In this document: positions 1 to 14,529 of the stretch, piece after piece
Layout: every line of letters begins with the position of its first letter
Position numbering within the stretch: the stretch's first letter is position 1
Assembly: GCA_038087875.1 (NCBI GenBank)
Contig: JAXLNO010000567.1
Span: 1 to 64,000, forward strand
Origin: Malacoraja senta
Lineage: Eukaryota
Direction: 5' to 3'
Length of the DNA stretch: 64,000 nucleotides
Notes under the pieces: model-generated
Told to the model about the DNA's origin: nothing
What the model saw: the letters and a program-made list of their open reading frames with translations, nothing else
The model's database searches: none
Translations under genes and position numbers: made by a program

Positions 1-757
1 GAGGAAAAAATGTCCTTAGTCAGAGTGGGGTGAATCTGTGGAACTCATTGCCACGGACGACTGTGGGGGCCAAGTCAGTGGATATTTCTAAGGCAGAGCT
101 AGATAGAGTTGATTAGTGCGGGTGTCAGGGGTTAAGGGGAGAAGGCAGTAGAATGGGGTAGGAGGGGGAGGTAGATCAGCCATGGTTGAATGGCTTGATG
201 GGCCGAATGGCCTAATTCGGCTCCTATCATATATGAATTTATGGACTAATGTGGCACAGAATGAGTTAACCAGGCCCTTCAGAAGGTGTCATTTGTCTCA
301 ATGATGAACAAACGGACAGCGTGCTGCAAACAGATGTTCTCTGGTTAAATATTTCCGAATCATCTTCCTGTTTGACTTGTGCCTGGGATTGAAGAGGGTA
401 AATTAAATATATTTAACCAGTTTGAGTTTAGGGATACAGTGCAGAGTCAGGCCCTTCGGCCCACCGAGTCCGTGCCGACCCCGCACACTAACCCCACCCC
501 ACACACACTAGGGACAATTTAGACTTATACCAAGCCGATTATACTACAAACCTGCCCGGCGTTGGAGTGTGGGAGGAAACAGAAGATCTCGGAGCAAAAC
601 CCACGCAGGTCACGGGGGAGAACCTGCAAACTCCGTAGAGGCAGCACCTGCAGCCGGGATCGATCCCGGGTTCTCCGGTGCTGCAAGGCAGCAACTCTAC
701 CGCTGCGCCCCCCCCCTGCCACAAGTTGACATCAGTCAGTGTGAGATGGGGTATAAA

Positions 758-1064
758 GGGCGGCACGGTGGCGCAGCGGTAGAGTTGCTGCCTTTCATCG
801 CCGGGGTCCCGGGTTCGATCCCGACTGCAGGTGCTGTCTGTACGGAGTTTGGACCTTCTCCCCGTGACCTGCGTGGGTTTTCTCCGGGTGTCCCGGTCTC
901 CTCCCACACTCCAAAGACAGACAGGTTTGTAGGTTTATTGGCTTCGGGCAAAGTTGTAAATTGTCTGTAGTGTGCGTCGGGTAGTGCTGGTGTGCGGGGG
1001 GGATCGCTGGTCAGCGGGCAGAAGGGCCTGTTTACGCGCTGTATCTCTAAAGTCTAAACACTAA
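758..1064 (+). mobile_element. tRNA-derived HE1/V-SINE-like SINE, head-to-head with an antisense copy at about 425-715
   Basis: A box TGGCGCAGCGG, B box GGTTCGATCCC, central core TTCTCCCCGTGACCTGCGTGGGTTTT and a CR1-type tail. Confidence 0.85.
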
Positions 1065-1590
1065 AGATGGATTCTCAGGGACATCTGGGCACTGAGGGAG
1101 TTCTCTGCTTTACAGTAAATAAACAGTAAATATATCTATTTGCTCATCAGTTAGAAGCCAATGTTCGTCCTATTGAGTCAATTTACAATCTACAGAATGC
1201 TTAAAGGGACGGAAACTGCTGGCAAGACAACTACTGCTTTTGCTTCATCAATCACCCAGCACTTGTGAGGTCCATTCTCAGTGTCATTCGCCTCCTACTG
1301 ATAGCTCTAGGCTTCACTGGGATGCTAGTGCATTGTATGGCAGCATAGAACATAGAAAATAGGTGCAGGAGTAGGGCATTCGGCCCTTCGCGCCAGCACC
1401 GCCATTCAATGTGATCATGGCTCATCATCCCCAATCAGTACCCCGTTCCTGCCTTCTCCCCATATCCCTTGATTTCGTTAGCCCTGAGAGCTAAATCTAA
1501 CTCTCTCTTGAATACATCAACACTAGGGTTCTGGGCCTGATCGCTTAACAGGGCATCGATGTCTCATTGGGGGCAGATAGATGAACAAAT

Positions 1591-2081
<491 letters not shown>

Positions 2082-3189
2082 AACATTTATCGTGTTTTTT
2101 AATTCCTTTTTGCAATATTAACCAAAAACCTGGCTGGCACAGTGGAGCCACTGGTGGAGCCGCTGCCTCACAGCGCCAGAGACCCGGGTTCGATCCTGAC
2201 CTCGGGTGCTGTCCGTGCGGAGTTTGCACGTTCTCCCTGTGACCGCGTGGGTTCCCTCCGGGTGCTCCGGTTTCCCCCAACATCCCAAAGACGTGCGGGT
2301 TTTGTAGTTTAATCGGCCCTCTGTAAATTGTCCCCCTGGTGTGTGGGGAGTGGATGAGAAAGTGGGATAACATGGAACTAGTGTGATCGGGTGATCGATG
2401 GTCGACGTGAAGTCGGTGGGCCGAAGGGCCTGTTTCCACGCTGTATCTCGAAACTAAACTCAACTAAACTAAAACTGCATGAAACATGCGTAAATGCCAC
2501 AACTATATGGACGTATAACCATTGATATGCATAAACAAAGGTGCTCACAAACACACAGACTGGATGCACAAACACATGCGGGCAGATACAAGCCCAAACA
2601 AGCACACACATAAACACATTTCACAAGACCATTTGGACAGGTCTCTCCATATGAAGGGTTAAGAAGGCTATGGGCTAAATGCTTGTAGTTAGAACAAGCC
2701 CAGAATGCCAGCTTAGTCGGTATGGACAGGTTGGGCCAAGGCGGTGTGGCTCCATAACTGTATGACATGTGCGCACGCACAAACATAGAAACATAGAAAA
2801 TAGGTGCAGGAGTAGGCCATTCGGCCCTTCGAGCCTGCACCGCCATTCGATATGATCATGGCTGATCATCCCAACTCAGTATCCCATCCCTGCCTTCTCT
2901 CCATACCCCCTGATCCCTTTAGCCACAAGGGCCACATCTAACTCCCTCTTAAATATAGCCAATGAACTGGACTCAACTACCTTCTGTGGCAGAGAATTCC
3001 TCAGATTCACCACTCTCTGTGTGAAAAATGTTTTCCTCATCTCGGTCCTAAAAGATTTCCCCTTTATCCTTAAACGGTGACCCCTTGTTCTGGACTTCCC
3101 CAACATCGGGAACAATCTTCCTGCATCTAGCCTGTCCAACCCCTTAAGAATGTTGTAAGTTTCTATAAGATCCCCCCTCAATCTTCTAA

Positions 3190-3639
3190 ACATGTACATA
3201 TGTTCTTTCACACAAACATTTGCATGCACACACAAATGCACATGCATTCACATACACATGTGTGCACACTGATACACACATGCAGACATGTACACAGACG
3301 TGCACATATACATTGTGCACACATCTACATGCAAACGTATGCACGCACATATACAGATGCATTCACATGCACACACGTGCATAAATGTACACACATACAA
3401 ATACACACACATACACACACTAATGTACACAAACATGCCCACAAACCCTCAGACACACACACAAATACAAACACACACACGCGCGCACACACAAATGCAC
3501 CTACACACACACATAGAAACACATTCACATGCACACACACACACATGTGCGCACATACGTATGCACATATACACATGCTCACACATACGCACACACACAT
3601 GCCCGCACGCGCACACACACACACACATGCCCACACACG

Positions 3640-3729
<90 letters not shown>
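3190..3729. repeat. Degenerate to pure (CA)n
   Basis: Direct reading. Confidence 0.95.
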
Positions 3730-3731
<2 letters not shown>

Positions 3732-4361
3732 GTCAATACAAGGGCAGATGTGCCTGCCACCTCATCAGAAATGGAAGAAGAACGCGAGCATGTAATTAAA
3801 GTTTTTTCAAAAGGTCACACTGCGTGAAATTGTGTTGAATTCAGGAGGGAACGCCCAGCAGACTGGGAAATTAGACGTTGTCCTGACTTTCACAAGAGGT
3901 AACGTTATCATCCCTTCCCCGGCAATGCGGGGACAATGTCCGGTGGGAGGGTGTGCAGCAACAGCAGGCAGGCTTACGACAGGACACATTCCTCCCACAC
4001 CAGCCCCCCCACACCCCCCCTCAATGCTGCCTGACCGGCCAACTTACTCCAGCACAGACATTAAAACACTGGAGTAACTCAGCGGGTCGGGCGGCATCTA
4101 CGGAGAGAAGGAATAGGTGACGTGTCGGGTCGAGACCCTCCTTCAGATACGCTGCGTCCACCTCAGAGCAAGTTCTTGTCTCCTCTACTTAGCCACTGGT
4201 GTCAGAGGTTACGGGGAGAAGGCAGGAGAATGGGGTACTGAGGGAGGGAGAGATAGATCAGCCATGATTGAATGGCGGAGTAGACTTGATGGGCCGAATG
4301 GCCTAATTCTACAGTGGAGGCCAATTCACTGGATGTTTTCAAGAGCGAGTTAGATATAGCT

Positions 4362-4805
4362 GTTTAAGAAGGAACTGCAGATGCTGGAAAATCAAAGGTA
4401 GACAAAATTGCTGGAGAAACTCAGCGGGTGCAGCAGCATCTATGGAGCGAAGGAAATAGGCAACGTTTCGGGCCGAAACCCTGAAGGAAATAGGCAACGT
4501 TTCGGGCCGAAACCCTGAAGGAAATGGGCAACGTTTCGGGCCGAAACCCTTCCGGGTTTCGGCCCCAAAACGTTGCCTATTTCCTTCGCTCCATAGATAC
4601 TGCTGCACCCGCGGAGTTTCTCCAAGGTAGACAAAATTGCTGGAGAAACTCAGCGGGTGAGGCAGCATCTATGGAGCGAAGGAGATAGGCAACGTTTCGG
4701 GCCGAAACGGAGTCTGAAGAAGGGTTTCGGCCCGAAACGTTGCCTATCTCCTTCGCTCCATAGATGCTGCCTCACCCGCTGAGTTTGTCCAGCAATTTTG
4801 TACAC
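4362..4805. mobile_element. Composite fold-back PLE-derived element with three 34-bp units (4449-4550)
   Basis: Head-to-head terminal-repeat copies. The 13-bp TSD GTTAGAT(A/T)TAGCT at 4349-4361 and 4806-4818 lies within a CR1. Confidence 0.8.
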
Positions 4806-5759
4806 GTTAGATTTAGCTCTTAGGGCTAACTGAATCAAGGGATACGGGGAGAAAGCAGGAACGGGGGTACTGATTCTGGATGATCAGCCACGATCATATT
4901 GAATGGCGATGCTGGCTCGAAGGGCCGAATGGCCTACTCCTGCACCTATTTTCTATGTTTATGGTTCATTCCCCACAATCACATACGATCTTATGATCTA
5001 ATGCCTGCTGTACATCTGACTCATAAGTAAAGGCTGCTCTGGTACAAGCCATTCCCTTGAACCTAGTGTGTCTGTCTGTGTCTGTCTGTTTGTCTGCTTG
5101 CCTTCCAGAAAACAATGAGTTACTGCAGCGGTCGGTCACAGTATCAGTGTCTGCAAATTGCAAGCCTGACTAAATGGGAGCTCAGGGTTGCTCACAGCTG
5201 GAAGTAATCTTGCCGGGAGAGGTTTTTCTTTTCCCCCTTGTGTTTCCTGATGTAATTAGGTGCCCTGTGCAGCTCTGAGCACATAACTCGAAGAGCTGCC
5301 TCCAAACGCATCGAACGAGGATGACTTGAAGCAGCTTTCGATCAGCCGGGCAAAAAGAGGCAACGGCTTCCAATCAGTTTCGTGGGCCTTTGACCAGATG
5401 TGAGATGGAGATAGAGGCGAACCCTTCTGGGTGTCGAACAGTGGAAAACTCAGACACAAAAATGTTGGAGTAAACTCAGCGGGTCAGGCAGCATCTCTGG
5501 AGAAAAGGAACGGAAACTTGGAAACATAGAAAATAGGCGTAGGAGTAGTTACTCCAGCATTTTGTGTCTATCTTCAGTTTTAACCAGCATCTGCAGTTCC
5601 TTCCTTCACAGCTGGAAAGAGCTGCTGCCTCCCATCTTCAATGACGCAGGTTCGATCCTGACCTCTGGTGCCTTCTCCCGCTGACTCTGTCGTTAGAGCT
5701 TAGAGAGAGGCGCCCTGGCCCTCAAGATTCTATGTTTCTATGTTTCGATGAATAGGTGA

Positions 5760-6300
5760 CCCTAATTTGAGGAAGGACATTCTTGCTATTGAGGGAGTGC
5801 AGCGTAAGTTTACAAGGTCAATTCCCGGGATGGCGGGACTGTCATATGCTGAGAGAATGGAGCGGCTGGGCTTGTACACTCTGGAGCTTAGAAGGATGAG
5901 AGGGTATCTTATTGAAACATATAAGATTGTTAAGGCTTTGGACACGCTAGAGGCAGGAAACATGTTCCCGATGTTGGGGGAGTCCAGAACCAGGGGCCGC
6001 ACACAGTTTAAGAATAAGGGGTAAACCATTTAGAACGGAGACGAGGAAACACTTTTTCTCACAGAGAGTGGTGAGTCTGTGGAATTCTCTGCCTCAGAGG
6101 GCGGTGGAGGCCGGTTCTCTGGATGCTTTCAAGAGAGAGCTAGATAGGGCTCTTAAAGATAGTGGAGTCAGGGGATATGGGGAGAAGGCAGGAACGGGGT
6201 ACTGATTGGGGATGATCAGCCATGATCACATTGAATGGCGGTGCTGGCTCGAAGGGCCGAATGGCATACTCCATGAACCTATTGTCTATTGTCTATTGTC
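5760..6300 (+). mobile_element. CR1 LINE 3' fragment (similar copies at about 29645-30200 +, 39480-39955 -, 45522-46035 +, 48880-49255 -, 50330-50875 -)
   Basis: KDILAIEGVQR...GLSYAER.ERLGLYTLE.RRMRG.LIETYKI...SRTRGH, with a (CTATTGT)n tail. Confidence 0.9.
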
Positions 6301-6379
6301 CCTTCTTCGGCCTGCCTTGTGTCTCCCAGTAAAGATCTCCCTACACTGATCCATTAAACATTCGCAGGGCATGGACACC

Positions 6380-6802
6380 ATGAATGAATGAATACATTTA
6401 TTGGCCAAGTATTCACATACAAGGAATTTGCCTTGGTGCTCCACCCGCAAGTGGCAACATGACATACAGTGACAGTTTGGAATGACACATAAAACATTAA
6501 ACATTAATAATAAAACATTATTGATTAAACATGCGACAAATAAAATACCAGAGCAAAAGGAGGCTACAGACTTTTGGTTATTGAGTGGAGCTAATACTTG
6601 TGGAACAAAGCTGTTTTTATGTCTGGCTGTGGCGGCTTTGACAGTCCGGAGTCGCCTTCCAGAGGGAAGTGATTCAAAGAGTTTATGGCCAGGGTGAGAG
6701 TGGCCAGAGATGATCTTACCCGTTCCCTTGCTGGTCCTTGCAGTGTACAGTTCATCGATGGAGGGAAGGTTGCCGCCAACAACCTTCTCAGCTGATCGGA
6801 GC
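6380..6802 (-). mobile_element. Rex1/Babar-like LINE 3' fragment, another subfamily
   Basis: SAEKVVG.NLPSIDELY...SHPGHKLFESLPSGRRLR, with an (ATTC)n tail. Confidence 0.75.
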
Positions 6803-7532
6803 ATGAGTCAGATTTGGAGTGAAGCTCCCTCTACTCCATCCCATCAAATACTAGGCTGCCCCACACATGCCCTTGGTGCAACATCTAACTAAACGTTATT
6901 CCCATATCATGTATCTATAGACTGTAAATGGATCGATTGTAATCAAGTATTGTCTTTCTGCCGACTGGTTAGCACACAACTTTGTAACTATGTAAGCGCC
7001 CTTTTCGTGGTGACTATTTGCATACCTTGGCTATGTACGCAAGCAAAGAATTTCACTGTGACTTGTCACATGTGGCAATAAAGCGTCCATTCATTCATTC
7101 ATTTATTCATTCATTCATCCATTCATTCATTCATCCATTCACAAAAAACTTTTCACTGCACCTCGGTACATGTGGCAATAAACTAAACCTGAACTGAACA
7201 AGTATTGAAAACAGGCAGGAAAGTGGAACTTAAAAGGAAGCAAACATTGACAACTGCTCTTCTATCAGCTCAAGATGTGTGGAACCACTTCACAGGGACA
7301 AGTGTAGCCTCTACTCTTGAAGGTCCTCAAGGGTATTGCAGGCAACTGTGAGGTCCTTTAACAAGCGGAGTGCCTGGGTTTGGTACTCTCAAAGTAAACG
7401 AGTTTACAAGGGGTTTATTCTCTGATCCTGACAACCAGTCCGTGGCCAGAAAATGGCCATCTCGGCCACTCCCTCTCCTCCCCTCTCCCATCCAAGCAAA
7501 AGGTACAGAAGTACAGACAGACAAAGACACCG

Positions 7533-8105
7533 AGGCTGTATAAGGCGCTGGTCAGACCACATTTGGAGTACTGTGAGCAATTTTGGGCAGCATATCTGAG
7601 GAAGGATGTGCCGGCTCTGGAGAGGGTCCAGAGGAGGTTTACAAGAATGATCCCAGGAATGAGTGGGTTAACCTATGATGAGCGTTTGACAGCATTGGGC
7701 CTGTACTCGCTGGAGTTTAGAAGGATGAGGGGGGGACCTCCTTGAAACTTACCGAACAGTGAAAGGCTTGGATAGAGTGGATGTGGAGAGGATGTTTCCA
7801 CTAGTGGGAGAGTCAAGGACTAGAGGTCATAGCCTCAGAATTAAAGGACGTTCCTTTAGGAAGGAGATGAGGAGGAATTTCTTTAGTCAGAGGGTGGTGA
7901 ATCTGTGGAATTCATTGCCATAAAAGACTGTGGAGGCCAAGTCAATGGATATTTTTAAGGCAGAGATGGATAGATTGTTGATTAGTACGGGTGTCAGGGG
8001 TTATGGGGAGAAGGCGGGAGAATGGGGTTTGGAGGGAGAGATAGATCAGCCATGATTGAATGGCAGAGTAGACTTGATGGGCCGAATGGCCTAATTCTGC
8101 TCCTG
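7533..8105 (+). mobile_element. CR1 LINE 3' fragment (similar at about 13391-13710 +, 28660-28997 +, 44770-45120 -)
   Basis: LVRPHLEYC.QFW...LERVQRRFTRMIPG motif. Confidence 0.88.
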
Positions 8106-8609
8106 ATGAACTTATGATAGAGAAGTGTGAAAACCAACACCTCCAGATTCGGGGACAGTTTCTTCCCAGCTGTTATCAGGCAACCGAACCATCCTACCGC
8201 AAAGACCGGTCCTGAGCTACCACCCCCCTCTTTGATGTCCCTTGGACTATCCTTGATCGGACTTTGCTGGCTTTATCTTGCACTAAACGATATTTTCCCT
8301 TATCATGTATCTGTATCATGCAGTTGACTCGATTGTAATCACGTATTGCCTTTCTGCTGACTGGAGAGCACGCAACGAAAGCGTTTCACTGTACCTCGGT
8401 ACACGTGACAATAAACGAAGCTTATTGGGGGTGAGTTCGAGCTCTGTGTTCAAAAGAGTGGGGACGGATCTAGTGAGGTTTGTTTCCATTTTCGAAAAAA
8501 CCTCTGTCAGACTTTGGGAGAGGGTGGAGGAGCCAAGCGCTCTCTCTGAAAAAATTGTGTATAAAATCACGAGAGGATTAGATCTGGTAGATGCACAGAG
8601 TCTCTTGAG

Positions 8610-9058
8610 GGGCCTGAGCTACAGGGAGAGGTTGGGGCAGGCTGGGACTCTATTCCTTGGAGCGCAGGAGGATGAGGGGTGATCTTATAGAGGTGTACAA
8701 AATCACGAGAGGAATAGATCGGGTAGATGCACAGAGTCTCTTGCCCAGAGTAGGGGAATCGAGGACCAGAGGACATAGGTTCAAGGTGAAGGGGGAAAGA
8801 TTTAATAGGAATCTGAGGGGTAACTTTTTCACACAGAGGGTGGTGGGTGTATGGAACGAGCTGCCTGAGGAGGTAGTTGAGGCTGGGACTATCCCAACGT
8901 TTAAGAAACAGTTAGACAGGAACATGGATAGGACAAGTTTGGAGGGATATGGACCAAACGCAGGCAGGTGGGTCTAGTGTAGCTGGGACATGTTGTCCAG
9001 TGTGGGCAAGTTGGGCCGAAGGGCCTGTTTCCACACTGTATCACTCTATGACTCTATG
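8610..9058 (+). mobile_element. CR1 (HER1-like) LINE 3' fragment sharing its tail with the SINEs (similar at about 30615-31140)
   Basis: ERRRMRGDLIEVYKI...RTRGH...FFTQRVV..WN.LP. The tail GGGCCGAAGGGCCTGTTTCC.C.CTGTATC is also found at SINE ends. Confidence 0.88.
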
Positions 9059-9310
9059 AAGGGATTAGGCTGTCACCAGCTGTATGAGCAACATCAGGAT
9101 CAACAGCTGCATCTGTGAGCTGCCTTTAATGTTCGAGATAAAGGGATGAGGGTCACCACAGGGGTGCCTTGCAGAGAACTGGGAGAGCGAGCCAAAGAAT
9201 GAGAGATTAGATACTGGCGAAAAATATAAAAGAACAAACAATCTTTAGTTCCATCTCCCTTCTGAGCAGAGATTTGGAAAGCCTCTTGCATTCCTTGCTC
9301 AGACCCCTGC

Positions 9311-9490
9311 TTAGGAAGGAACTGCAGATGCTGGTTTAAACCGGAGATAGGCACAAAGTGCTGGAGTCACTCGGTGGGTGGGTGGACCGAGGCCAGACAG
9401 GTCTGTGTGGGAGTGGGAAGGAGAATTAAAGTGTCCAGCGACTGGCGGTTGACAAACGCAGACTGGGCGATCGTTTCGCGGAACACCTCG
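9311..9490. mobile_element. Rearranged PLE GIY-YIG fragment
   Basis: Minus-strand PVAGHFNSPSHSHTDLSGLG is joined to a plus-strand piece encoding RLGDRFAEHL (about 9460-9490). Confidence 0.65.
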
Positions 9491-10112
9491 GGAACCCATG
9501 CAGTTACGGGGAGAACGTGCAAACTCCGTACAGACAGCACCTGTAGTCAAATCAAGTCAAGTCAAGTCACTTTTATTTATATAAACAACTCTCGTTGGCC
9601 AAAGCGCTTTACATTGGTGGAGGAACTGACGTTATACAACAGTGGTTCATAGATTAAATACATACATAGTCAGGATCGACAGGCACTGTAAGGCAGCAAC
9701 TCTACCACTGCGCCACTGTGCTGTCCCCTCACCAACTAGAGTACGGGCTAGGTATTGCTGCGATGTCTGGCCGATAATTCCATGGAGTTTCGAGTTGAAA
9801 TCCCGGCTGATTTATACCATTGACCAGATCGCTGGGAGCAGCCACAATCCCTAGATTGCTGGAGTCACTTTTGCGCTGGTCACGGTGGCGCAGCGGTAGA
9901 GTTGCTGTCTTGCAGCGAATGCAGCGCCGGAGACCCGGGTTCGATCCCGACTACGGGTGCTGTCTGTACGGAGTTTGTACGTTCTCACCCGTGACCCGCG
10001 TGGGTTTTCTCCGAGATCTTCGGTTTCCTCTCACACTCCAAAGACGTGCAGGTTTGTCGGTAAATTGGCTTGGTATAAATGTTAAAAAAATTGTTCCTAG
10101 TGGGTGTAGGAT

Positions 10113-10857
10113 AGTCAAGTCAAGTCAAGTGAGTTTATTGTCATGTGTCCCTGGTAGGACAATGAAATTCTTGCTTTGCTTGAGCACAACAGAACATAGT
10201 AGGCATTTACTACAAGGCATTCTATAAATATATACACAATGGTCAATATACTGATAAAGTGCAAATAACAGTATTGGCTAGTAAAGTTCAGTGTTATGTC
10301 CGAGCCAGGTTTAATAGCCTGATGGCTGTGGGGAAGTAGCTGTTCCTGAACCTGGTCGTTGCAGTCTTCAGGCTCCTGTACCTTCTACCTGAAGGTAGTA
10401 GGGAGATGAGTGTGTGGCCAGGATGGTGTGGGTCCTTGATGATACTGCCAGCCTTTTTGAGGCAGCGACTGCGGTAGATCCCCTCGATGGAAGGGAGGTC
10501 AGAGCCGATGATGGACTGGGCAGTGTTTACTACTTTTTGTAGTCTTTTCCTCTCCAGGGCGCTCAATTTGCCGAACCAAGCCACGATGCAACCGGTCAGC
10601 ATGCTCTCTACTGTGCACCTGTAGAAGTTAGAGAGAGTCCTCCTTGTCAAAGCGACTCTCCGTAATCTTCTCAGGAAGTAGAGGCGCTGATGTGCTTTCT
10701 TAATAATGGCATCAGTGTTCTCGGACCAGGAAAGATCTTCAGAGATGTGCACGCCCAGGAATTTGAAGCTCTTGACCCTTTCAACCATCGACCCGTTGAT
10801 ATAAACGGGACTGTGGGTCCCCATCCTACTCCTTCCAAAGTCCACAATCAGTTCCTT
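10113..10857 (-). mobile_element. Rex1/Babar-like LINE 3' fragment inserted in a SINE
   Basis: 183-aa ORF with FKFLGVHISEDLSW...KKAHQRLYFLRRLRR...FYRCTVESMLTGCIVAWFG. The tail is ATGACAATAAA plus (CTTGA)n. Confidence 0.85.
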
Positions 10858-11349
10858 GGATAATGTTAATGTGCGGGGATCGCTGGTCGGTGCGGTCCCG
10901 ATGTCCTGACGTTTTGGGTCGGGACTCTTCTTCAGACTGCACAGACACTGGGCCTGTGCTTTCCGGCCTGGATATTGGGCCTGTGGTTTCCGGCCTGCAG
11001 TGGAGGCTGCTCTGGTTGCAAGCTTGGGCCTTTCAGATAGGCCTCAGGCCTCAGACTCCCACAGGCCATGTGCGCACTGCCTGGAGCCCAGGATCAGGGT
11101 CTGGGGTGCCTCAGAGCTGGCTGGTGCACCCACCCATATGTACATGCGAGGTGACAAGGCTGAGGCAGGCAATGTGCGGTTTTGGCACGAGGAAGCCGTT
11201 AAGCAAACATTTGGAATATTTTTCTCATGTGAAAGGAAAAATGAAATAACTTTCTGGCAGCTGTCCACGTGGATCTTTTCAGGCCATAACAGGCAAACAT
11301 TAACAGGAGAGATAGAATCGTTTATTTTTATTCCATGATTCTATGCGAG

Positions 11350-11810
11350 GGGTGAGAGAGGTGTGTGTGTGTGAGAGTGTGTGTGTGTGTGAGAGAGAGG
11401 TGTGTGTGTGTGAGTGAATGCAAGAGTATGTGTGAGAGTGTGTGCGTGTGAGTGTGTGTTAGAGAGGGACATAGTTGTATAGTAGTTGGAACCTTGATGT
11501 TGAGGGAGAGAGAGTGAGGGAGAAAAAGAGAGAGGGGAGGGAATGAGAGGAAGAGAAAGATGGGGAGAAGGAGATAGGGAGACTGAGGTAGTGAGAGGGA
11601 GAGGGAGAGAGATGGAGATTGAGAGAGGGGAGGGAATGAGAGGAAGAGAGAAAGACAGAAAGGGAGAGAGTGAGAGAGAGAGGGGTAGAGAGGGAGAGAG
11701 AGAAAGGGAGAGTGAGAGAGAGAGGGAGAGGGAGAGAGAGAAAGGGAGAGTGAGAGAGAGAGGGAGAGAGTCTGAGAGAGAGAGAGCGAGGGGAGAGAGG
11801 GGGGAGAGAG
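11350..11810. repeat. (TG)n followed by a GA-rich low-complexity tract
   Basis: Direct reading. Confidence 0.9.
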
Positions 11811-12314
11811 CAATGTGAATATGAAACAGCTGTGCATACAGATGCCAGTAAATTAGTGCCGGTGGGAGTGTGGGGGATGGGTCACATACTACAGACACAC
11901 AGGGTCTTGTCTGGACGTTAGCTGTGGGGTGGGGGGTTGGTGGGAGAGGGGGGAGGAAATTAAGCAACACGGACCCTTCCCATTTCCCTTTGTTGAAGGA
12001 GAACCCCAAATAATCTGGAAACCATGTGTGGGCCGGGACTAACTATCCTCATGCCCCCCCCCCACCCCCCCCCGTGTCCTTGTTCCCAGAGGGGTGGGCT
12101 TCTCTAACACCCCCAGCCCAACGGAGGGGCGTGTCTGCTACTTGACCCGCCGCGGAATATTCTAGAAAACCTCAACAGCAGCTTGCCACAGAGCTGCGGC
12201 CTCACAGAATCTCAGACTCTGTGACTCGATGACGCAGCTGGGAGAGTTGCTGCCCCCCTCAGCGCCACAGACCCGGGTTCGATCCTGACCTCGGGTGCTG
12301 TCTTTGTGGAGTTT

Positions 12315-12412
12315 GACGGCATCCTCTTCCGTCTGGCGCCATGACTCGTGGATAGCCAGCTTGGCCAGGCCTAGGAGCAACCCAACCAGGACATCTTCAG
12401 CCCTGCCTACTC
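12315..12412 (-). mobile_element. Tx1/L1-like ORF2 C-terminal scrap
   Basis: Translates to DVLVGLLLGLAKLAIHES, resembling C-termini of fish Tx1/L1 ORF2 (recalled). Confidence 0.45.
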
Positions 12413-13887
12413 ACTGTGTGCTTGCTCACTGCTTCCTATCTGCCTCTTGTGAAAAGTCAGGGTGAAAACTTTCTGACCAGCCCATATCTTGCGACACAAT
12501 CTTGGTCGGAAGTCCCGGCACTGAGGCTGATTGCTTGGGTAATCATCGTGTGTGAGCACCGTTCACTGTGTTGCCGCGGTAACCAAAATTTTTTGCAGGC
12601 CTAAAGCCACTGCAGGCCCCAAATCCATAACCAGGCCAAACCTTTGTTTATAGATGGAATATTTAGGCATTAACTCTTTAGAGGCTGAAATATATATAGC
12701 ATTGGAGACACAAGGAACTGCAGATGCTGGTTTACCAAAAGAAAAGACACAAAGTGCTGGAGTAACTCAATAAGTCAGACAGCATCTCTGAAGGAACATG
12801 AAGAGGTGGCATTTTGGATTGACTTCTTCCTCAGATATCAGAAGAAGGGTCCTGACCCGAAACGTTGCCTATCAATGTCCTCTGGAGATGCTGGCTGACC
12901 CACCGAGTTACTCCAGCACTATGTGACATTTTAATATATATATATAGCACTCAGCATTGTGTTTTGAGAATCAGAATCAGGAGGTCATGCTACACTTTTG
13001 GTTAGGTCACATATGGAGCACTGTTTTGTTTAGTTCAGAGATACATCGCGGAAACAGGCCCTTCGCCCACCGAGTCCTCATCAACCAGCGATTTCTACGA
13101 ACTAACACCATCTTACACACACACACACACACTAGCGACAATTTTACATTCGTACCAAGCCAAGTAACCTGCAAACCTGTATGTCTTTGGGGTGTGTGGG
13201 AGAAAACCCACCCGGGTCACGGGGAGAACGTGCAAACTCCGTACCAGACAGCACCCGTGATTAGGTTTGCCAACTTTCCCACTCCCAAATAAGGGACAAA
13301 AGGTCAAAGTACGGAACAAATTCCCGACGGCAATTCGTTGACTGACTCGGCCGTGGCTGGGTGAATGATGAGTTGGCCCGGGTGCTGGACTAGTGGGAGA
13401 GTCTAGACTAGAGGTCGCAGCCTCAGAATTAAAGGACGTTCTTTCAGGAAGGAGATGAGGAGAAATTTCTTCAGTCAGAGGGCGGTGAATGTGTGGAATT
13501 CATTGCCACAGACGGCTGTGGAGGCCAAGTCAGTGGATATTTTAAAGCAGAGATAGATAGATTGCTGATTGGTACAGGTGTCAGAGGTTATGGGGGAGAA
13601 GGCAGGAGAATGGGGTTAGGAGGAAGAGATAGATCGGCCATGATTGAATGGCGGAGTAGACTTGATGGGCCGAATGGCCTAATTCTGCTCCTATCGCTTA
13701 TGACCCTATGTCATTGCCGCGGCAAGGGTTAAAACCAAGGTCCTTGGTGGTGAGGAAAGGGCAGTGTGGAAGGGGACAGGATGGGGAGACAAGCAGAGGG
13801 TAACGTCATCTCAGTCTGAAGAAGGGTCTCGACCCGAAACGTCACCCATCCCTTCTCTCCAGAGATGCCGCCTGTCCCGCTGAGTTA

Positions 13888-14197
13888 AGGGCCTGTCCCA
13901 CTGTACGAGTTCACCCAAGAGCTCTCCCGAGTTTAAAAAGAAATCAAACTCGTGGTAAGCACGTAGAATGTATGTAGCGGGTACGTCGGAGCTCGGGACG
14001 TCTCTTAGCGGCTCATAACGCTAACGGCAGGGAAACGCGGTAAGCTCGTGAAGACTCGTGAAGATTTTTCAACGTGTTGAAAAATGTCCACGAGAGCCCG
14101 AGTACCGACGAGCGGCCATTACCGAAAATCTCCGAGTTCGAATCAGGGGAAACTCGGGAGAGCTCTTGAATTAGCTGGTACAGTGGGACAGGCCCAA
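13888..14197. mobile_element. PIF/Harbinger-type MITE
   Basis: TIRs AGGGCCTGTCCCACTGTAC / GTACAGTGGGACAGGCCC, with TTA on both flanks. Confidence 0.75.
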
Positions 14198-14529
14198 TTA
14201 CTCCAGCATTCTGCGTCTATCTACGGTGTAAAGCAGCATCTGCAGTTCCTTCATCTCAGGACTCCAGCACGCGGTGAGTTAATGACCAGCACTTGACTCC
14301 ATCTTCACCGTTGCCGTGACGGCAGCCTGACATGCATGAAGGCAAGAGAATAAGAGTGGAACATGGCAGATTAGATCAAATCCTCACTGCCACTCACTCT
14401 CACGGCCAACAAAACATGTCGCCACAGAGGCCCCATTAACCCTTTAGTGGTAGAAAGAAAGCTCCCTTCAAAAGCTAACATGGTCCTGTATCCTTTATCA
14501 TCGTTACTTCATCATCATTTCATTACTTA

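Noticed and set aside
758..830. tRNA genes suggested by A and B boxes
   Set aside because: These are SINE heads. I see no convincing cloverleaf, and they are always followed by the SINE core and tail.
5109..5208. Acceptor-like site followed by a short ORF, MSYCSGRSQYQCLQ...
   Set aside because: It is only 30 codons with no recognisable family. The pyrimidine tract comes from a TCTG-type repeat.
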